A stretch of DNA of 64,000 bases, from the NCBI GenBank assembly GCA_965246715.1, contig CBDFFH010000034.1, positions 64,001 through 128,000 of the forward strand, read 5' to 3'. The notes under the pieces were generated by a model that searched no databases, was not told the DNA's origin, and saw nothing but the letters and a program-made list of their open reading frames with translations. Shown one piece after another: positions 58,827 to 64,000 of the stretch (positions are counted from its first letter, which is position 1; each line of letters opens with the position of its first letter). The stretch comes from Chamaesiphon sp. (GTDB lineage Bacteria; Cyanobacteriota; Cyanobacteriia; Cyanobacteriales; Chamaesiphonaceae). The position numbers and the translations under genes were made by a program.

Positions 58827-60230
58827 CTAATTAGATTTTGCAACATATAAATAGACATCATCTTGGTGATAATTGAGGTTGAATGCTTGAGAACTCTCAA
58901 CTCGCGCTTTGATTTTTTGAACTGTTTCGGTATCGCTATTCCACCCTGGATGTCGTTCGTTTAATAATATGTATTTAAATGGTTTGAGATCGATCGCGGC
59001 ATTTTCCTTAAAAGTCAACATAATTACCGGGCGATGAGTTAGATGTGGTGATATCTCCCCAACGGTCAATACCGCGCCGGCATCTTTAATTTTGGTAATT
59101 GCAACTGTCGTAGCTCGATTGGTATCGATCGAGGATAAATAAGTAGACCAAAAATAGCCGATCTTACTCAATAATATAAAGGCGATCGTCGACCAGATTA
59201 AAATATTTCGTCGTGTTTTCAAAAAAGATCGATCGGCAGCAACAGTGCCAATAATTGCGATGAATAGAAATGGTAAAATTGGCAAAGAGTATTGATGGAC
59301 TAAATTTCTTTGGGTAGAAGCTGTGGACAAAATATTCATCACCAGCATCGGAATCGTACTAATTAACGGCGCTAGTTTTTGGGGAGATAATCCCCAAGCT
59401 AAAGGGAGAATCAGGAAGGCAAGATATTCTAAAGTATCGCTAGAAAATATTTTCCCTAGCACTAAATTAGGCTTAAAGAGTAGATTTTTGGCTATTTCGC
59501 CAATCGAACTGCCGAGATAACTATATCTGGATACGGCGGCTGGTTCTGTACCACTAAATGCTGGAATAATTAACTGGGTAGCGATAATAAACCATGATAA
59601 TCCGAGCAGTATGGCGATCGCCCCATACATTCTCCGCTTTTCAAAGAAAATCAGCCATATCCCCATCGCAATCACAGTCAATGATAGTACAGCTTTGCAA
59701 CTTAAAATCGCGATCGTTGCCAGTATAAATAAGAGCGTGCGATGACTTCTAGCAGCTAAAATCGCAATGAAAAACCCTGGTAATGCGATTACTTCTGGAT
59801 GAAAATCAAATAGGCTTTTATTGAATACCAGTGGATATAGTAGATAAGTAAAGACAATCGTTGTCGATTGGAAACTATTTATACCTGCTTGTAAAGATAG
59901 ATAATAAAGCGGAAATCCAGCACCTGCTAAAGCTACTGCTTGGATCGCAAACAACCAATGGACATCAGGATAAATCCAATACAATAAAGCGATTGGGTAA
60001 AAAATTATCGCAGCATGGTCGCCCAGAATATGAAAGCCACCGAAAGAGACGATCGGGTTTTGACCTGTAGCAATTAAATAAACTGCTTGGTCGAACCAAC
60101 CGAGATCGTAACCATGCGATTGATAGAGCCAATGGCGCAAACTACTACAACTAAAAAAGATTGCCCCAGCAACACCGATCCCGATTGTCACTGGATAAGA
60201 TTTAAACCAATTGCTCCTGAGTAACGGCAT
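58827..60230 (-). CDS. DUF2079 family membrane protein
   Basis: YDLGWFDQ, LGDH, FDFHP; multiple TM segments. Confidence 0.85.
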   Translation of the reverse strand: MPLLRSNWFKSYPVTIGIGVAGAIFFSCSSLRHWLYQSHGYDLGWFDQAVYLIATGQNPIVSFGGFHILGDHAAIIFYPIALLYWIYPDVHWLFAIQAVALAGAGFPLYYLSLQAGINSFQSTTIVFTYLLYPLVFNKSLFDFHPEVIALPGFFIAILAARSHRTLLFILATIAILSCKAVLSLTVIAMGIWLIFFEKRRMYGAIAILLGLSWFIIATQLIIPAFSGTEPAAVSRYSYLGSSIGEIAKNLLFKPNLVLGKIFSSDTLEYLAFLILPLAWGLSPQKLAPLISTIPMLVMNILSTASTQRNLVHQYSLPILPFLFIAIIGTVAADRSFLKTRRNILIWSTIAFILLSKIGYFWSTYLSSIDTNRATTVAITKIKDAGAVLTVGEISPHLTHRPVIMLTFKENAAIDLKPFKYILLNERHPGWNSDTETVQKIKARVESSQAFNLNYHQDDVYLYVAKSN

Positions 60231-60426
60231 AAAATAATTTATAGGTTAGTGTTGGCGAGAGCGTCGATTTTAGATTTAGAACATCTCGATCTATGCCTGC
60301 ATAACCAGGCTCACTATAAATAAATACAAAAGCCCAAATAAGTGTAAGTATTATTAATGGAAGTAGAAAACATCTGAACTAATGTATTGCTTCGTCACAA
60401 TCTGCATCGATAGTTTCCCCAATACC

Positions 60427-61122
60427 ATGCGCATAGCTTTCACTGACTCCAACCTCTGGTTCCGGATTTTCACAGTACCAGTATATGTTGGCGCGATCGT
60501 GCTCACCGCCGAACTACTTCATCGCTATACCGCCACCTCCCCCGAACAAGTTCGCAAAGTAGTGCATATCGGCACGGGTAATGTAATTTTACTAGCTTGG
60601 TTGCTGCAACTTCCTACTTGGGTGGGAATTGCTTCAGCGGCTGTAGCGGCGATTGTCACGCTGATTTCCTATCGCTTGCCAATTTTACCAGGGGTGAATA
60701 GCGTCGGGCGCAAGAGTCTGGGGACGTTTTTTTATGCGGTGAGTATCGGCGCATTAACGGCAGTATTCTGGCCGTTGCAACTCCCATATTATGCGGTCAT
60801 TGGAATTTTAATTATGGCTTGGGGTGATGGATTGGCGGCGATTATCGGTCAGAAATACGGCAAGCATCCTTACACGATCGTCGGCAATACCAAGAGCTGG
60901 GAAGGGACACTAACGATGCTAATCGTCAGTTATACGATCGTGTCGCTCGTGTTACTAAGCGTGCAGGGGAATATTTGGCAAACTTGGGTAGTCGGCATTC
61001 CAGTAGCAATTGTGGCGACAGCAGTAGAATCGATCGCGCAGTGGGGTTTGGATAATCTCACGGTTCCCTTAAGCGGTGCTGGTTTAGCCTATATCCTCAA
61101 CCAGTTGCTGATTACAGCATAA
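60427..61122 (+). CDS. Phytol/dolichol kinase family (VTE5/SEC59-like)
   Basis: RKVVHIGTG, WGDGLAAIIG, KSWEG, DNLTVP. Confidence 0.88.
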   Translation: MRIAFTDSNLWFRIFTVPVYVGAIVLTAELLHRYTATSPEQVRKVVHIGTGNVILLAWLLQLPTWVGIASAAVAAIVTLISYRLPILPGVNSVGRKSLGTFFYAVSIGALTAVFWPLQLPYYAVIGILIMAWGDGLAAIIGQKYGKHPYTIVGNTKSWEGTLTMLIVSYTIVSLVLLSVQGNIWQTWVVGIPVAIVATAVESIAQWGLDNLTVPLSGAGLAYILNQLLITA

Positions 61123-61188
61123 TCTACACATATCTACACATATAGGTATTCACTACTGAGGATTGATGTCAAGTTTTCCCACGTTAGG

Positions 61189-61473
61189 ATGAACTCAAGC
61201 ACTTACACAGTAGACAAATTTATGAAAGTTGTAAATATTAACGTTGCCCCCACCCCTCCTGTATTAGGCGAGCCAGTAGTTTTTCAGCCCAAATTTAACG
61301 ACCACAGTGAGACATTGAGTGCGACCCGGGCTTGGTCGTTGTTTTTCACTGGTGGGAAATCCGAATTGGCACTCGGTTCCGAGCCAGTCTTCGGGCGAGC
61401 TGCGACTGCAGCAACTGTGGCGATTGCCGCTGTAGGCGTGATCTCTTCAGTAGTCCTAGTTGGTGTATTCTAA
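61189..61473 (+). CDS. Small hypothetical protein with C-terminal TM helix
   Basis: 94-aa ORF, RAWSLFFTGG, hydrophobic tail; start uncertain. Confidence 0.55.
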   Translation: MNSSTYTVDKFMKVVNINVAPTPPVLGEPVVFQPKFNDHSETLSATRAWSLFFTGGKSELALGSEPVFGRAATAATVAIAAVGVISSVVLVGVF

Positions 61474-61504
61474 TTCGGTCGCTCGTGCCATCAAAATCAA
61501 TTAC

Positions 61505-61546
61505 AAAATATAGAGACTCGATCGCCGATCGAGTCTCTATATTTTT
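61505..61546 (+). terminator. Hairpin terminator containing CGATCG cores
   Basis: AAAATATAGAGACTCGATCG-C-CGATCGAGTCTCTATATTTT. Confidence 0.65.
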
Positions 61547-61685
61547 GTGCCGATCGGCGATCGGTCACAATATAAAGAGCCAAACCCTCGTAAAATAGTT
61601 GAGACAAGGATTTTGCCCCATTAGCGTAGCCTCCGCTGCGCGGAATCGCGGGGAAGATCGTCCCGCCCTCCACTTTCTAGCACCA

Positions 61686-62609
61686 ATGACTAGTACCCAA
61701 AATATCACCGATGCGCCGATCGCCACGTTCGATCTGGTAGCATATCTGGCCGAGCGACAGCCTCGCGTCGAAGCGGCTTTAGATGCAGCGATCCGCCCTG
61801 CCTACCCCGACACGATCTACGCCGCGATGAGGTACTCATTATTGGCTGGTGGTAAGCGGCTGCGACCGATCTTGTGTTTGGCTAGTTGTGAAGCGATCGG
61901 TGGTAGCATAGATGTAGCTATGCCAACAGCTTGCGCCCTAGAGATGATTCATACCATGTCACTGATTCATGACGATTTACCCGCCATGGACAATGATGAT
62001 TATCGGCGTGGTAAGTTAACCAATCACAAAGTTTATGGCGAAGACATCGCGATCTTGGCCGGCGATGGGTTATTGGCTTATGCTTTCGAGCATGTCGCCA
62101 CCCAAACCCAGGGCGCTAATCCCGATCGCCTCATCAAAACGATCGCGCATTTAGCTAGAGCAGTCGGTGCAAATGGATTAGTCGGCGGACAAGTGGTAGA
62201 TTTGGAGTCGGAAGGCAAAGCAGATATCACCGTCGAGACCCTGACTTATATCCACCAACACAAAACTGGCGCGCTGCTCGAATCATCGGTTGTTTGTGGC
62301 GGGCTGCTCGCAGGTGCAACCGCAGTAGAAATCGAAAAATTAGCTCGGTTCGCTCGCAATATTGGTTTGGCTTTCCAGATCGTCGATGATATCCTCGATC
62401 TGACGGCGACTCAAGCCGAGCTGGGTAAAACTCCTGGTAAAGACTTGGAAGCTCAAAAAGCTACTTATCCCAAATTGTGGGGATTGGAAGAATCCAAACT
62501 TCAAGCCGACAAACTCGTTGCTGAAGCTAAAACTATTTTGACCGAATTTGGCGATCGCGCGATTCCGTTGCAAGCTTTAGCCGACTACATTACCGCTCGC
62601 AAAAACTAA
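61686..62609 (+). CDS. crtE: Geranylgeranyl diphosphate synthase
   Basis: [42 protein letters not shown]. Confidence 0.93.
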   Translation: MTSTQNITDAPIATFDLVAYLAERQPRVEAALDAAIRPAYPDTIYAAMRYSLLAGGKRLRPILCLASCEAIGGSIDVAMPTACALEMIHTMSLIHDDLPAMDNDDYRRGKLTNHKVYGEDIAILAGDGLLAYAFEHVATQTQGANPDRLIKTIAHLARAVGANGLVGGQVVDLESEGKADITVETLTYIHQHKTGALLESSVVCGGLLAGATAVEIEKLARFARNIGLAFQIVDDILDLTATQAELGKTPGKDLEAQKATYPKLWGLEESKLQADKLVAEAKTILTEFGDRAIPLQALADYITARKN

Positions 62610-62649
62610 CTTCCCCTTGCTTCATTCCTCCTCATTTTAGGTCATTTGC

Positions 62650-63129
62650 GTGGTTAATCAGGCAGCCCCTCTTCTAAACGATATCAGTCAAATTTTGGAC
62701 AATCAGATTTTGCTAGTCGCAGTCGCTGCTTGTCTGATCGCGCAAGCGATCAAACTGACGATCGATACGCTCCAAAATGGTAAAGTTAGCGTCAAAGTTT
62801 TAACCACAACCGGCGGGATGCCGAGCGCCCACTCAGCGCTAGTTACCGCGCTCGCAGCTGGAGTCGGGCAAAGTTTGGGCTGGAAGAGTGCCGAATTTGC
62901 GATCGCGACAATTTTTGCGATCGTCGTGATGTACGATGCCGCTGGAGTCCGTCAAGCCGCCGGGAAACAAGCCCGCATTCTCAATCAAATGATCGATGAA
63001 TTATTTTCTGACGACCATAAATTTAATGAAGAGAAACTCAAAGAATTATTAGGACATACCCCCGTCCAAGTAATTGCCGGTGCTGTGTTGGGAATCGCGA
63101 TTTCATGGCTATTTTCTGTCGTTGGTTAA
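62650..63129 (+). CDS. Divergent PAP2 family protein (DUF212)
   Basis: GGMPSAHSA, VMYDAAGVR, LGHTP. Confidence 0.9.
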   Translation: MVNQAAPLLNDISQILDNQILLVAVAACLIAQAIKLTIDTLQNGKVSVKVLTTTGGMPSAHSALVTALAAGVGQSLGWKSAEFAIATIFAIVVMYDAAGVRQAAGKQARILNQMIDELFSDDHKFNEEKLKELLGHTPVQVIAGAVLGIAISWLFSVVG

Positions 63130-63537
63130 AGCGCGACGAATTATTTGCTCAAGCGTGGAAGTTTAACGATCGGAAATTCAAAAAATCTGCACACATGCAT
63201 ACAACCGATCGTGCTCGCAAGCTGTCTTAGGCGGTGCGGTTGCTCGGCTATTGCTAGTGATTCGATCGCCAGAAATATCGCATGTTTACGGTAATCCGAA
63301 CGAACACCTCGACATATCCTCACAGCTATTTTCAATCTAAATTTGGAGTGGTAGCAGTAATAATTATCAAATCTAAATTTTTGATGAAATTCAGCAAAAT
63401 AAAGTTTGACAAGCTATACAATTATGGGGTACAAGTATAAAAGAGAACTTCTACCGCGCACAGCAATTCTAAGTTAGAACCAGTATTCAGTGGGAAGTCA
63501 ATCTTAATTAAGCATTAGAGCAATTAAATCTATATCT

Positions 63538-63756
63538 ATGACTCAGCAAGTGCTTCACCCAATGGTGAAAATGCAACGTCAAGTTGAATCTTTGGTAGCA
63601 TCCAAGATTCTCAAAACTACCGATGGAATTTGGAAAATCGCCTTTTTGTATGGCGACAAATGGCAACACTGGAAAAACGAACTGCTCGACTTTGGGTTTA
63701 CCCTCCAAGATCCAGTTAGCGCTCTCCTCGAAGTCGAAGCTTGGGACGAAGAATAA
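63538..63756 (+). CDS. DUF4327 family protein
   Basis: HPMVK.QRQV.SLV, IWKIAFLYGD.W.HWK.EL..F.F..QDP. Confidence 0.85.
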   Translation: MTQQVLHPMVKMQRQVESLVASKILKTTDGIWKIAFLYGDKWQHWKNELLDFGFTLQDPVSALLEVEAWDEE

Positions 63757-64000
63757 ATAATCGGTAACTTGTAATTGGTAATTGGGCGTTGCTCGATTGC
63801 GGCATGAAATGCCTTGGAAATTGAATCGAACAAGTGAGAAGTAAGCGCCAGTAGCAGTTCTCATGCTGGATCTCTGAATCGATCGCGCTAAGATTACAAC
63901 CATCGAATTCGCCGATCGAGATATGTTGCCACAGGATGATTACCCTGGCACGAGTAAATTACAATTTTCGACACGCATCATATTGTTAATCTATCCCGAT

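Noticed and set aside
63508..63903. Minus-strand 131-aa and 84-aa ORFs
   Set aside because: Antisense to the recognisable DUF4327 gene
1..64000. Very frequent CGATCG/GCGATCGC palindromes
   Set aside because: Known cyanobacterial HIP1 background, not a local feature
1..64000. tRNA or rRNA genes
   Set aside because: No cloverleaf or rRNA signature recognised by eye; a tRNAscan run would be needed to exclude them

Overview
Cyanobacterial chromosomal window. The extreme density of CGATCG/GCGATCGC (HIP1) and the presence of psbI, ndhP and an SLH porin suggest a Chamaesiphon-like genome (inference). Housekeeping genes surround a complete type I-B (Myxan/Cmx8-like) CRISPR-Cas locus at about 12.6-25.9 kb: WYL regulator, small ORF, cas6, cas3, cas8 (probable internal cas11), cas7, cas5, Uma2 nuclease, cas4-cas1 fusion, cas2, and a 35-repeat array. 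The most notable signal is a regulatory layer not shown by the ORF track. (i) A degenerate one-spacer mini-array at 13698-13805 encodes a guide matching the promoter 60 bp downstream at 16/18 nt, with mismatches only at positions 6 and 12 and an ATG PAM overlapping the -35 box. That promoter drives an unknown 83-aa coiled-coil ORF and the cas operon. (ii) An identical 23-bp palindromic site sits at the same promoter offset upstream of the WYL gene and of cas4-cas1. (iii) A second leader-like region with a solo repeat follows cas5. Elsewhere there are an IsaR1-like sRNA with a Fur-type promoter, a cobalamin riboswitch with cbiMN, a RAYT transposase with REPs, several MITE/REP elements, a probable non-AUG start for a STAS gene, and a TpsB-CHAT-TpsA-trypsin cluster. 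All calls are by eye; no database searches were run.
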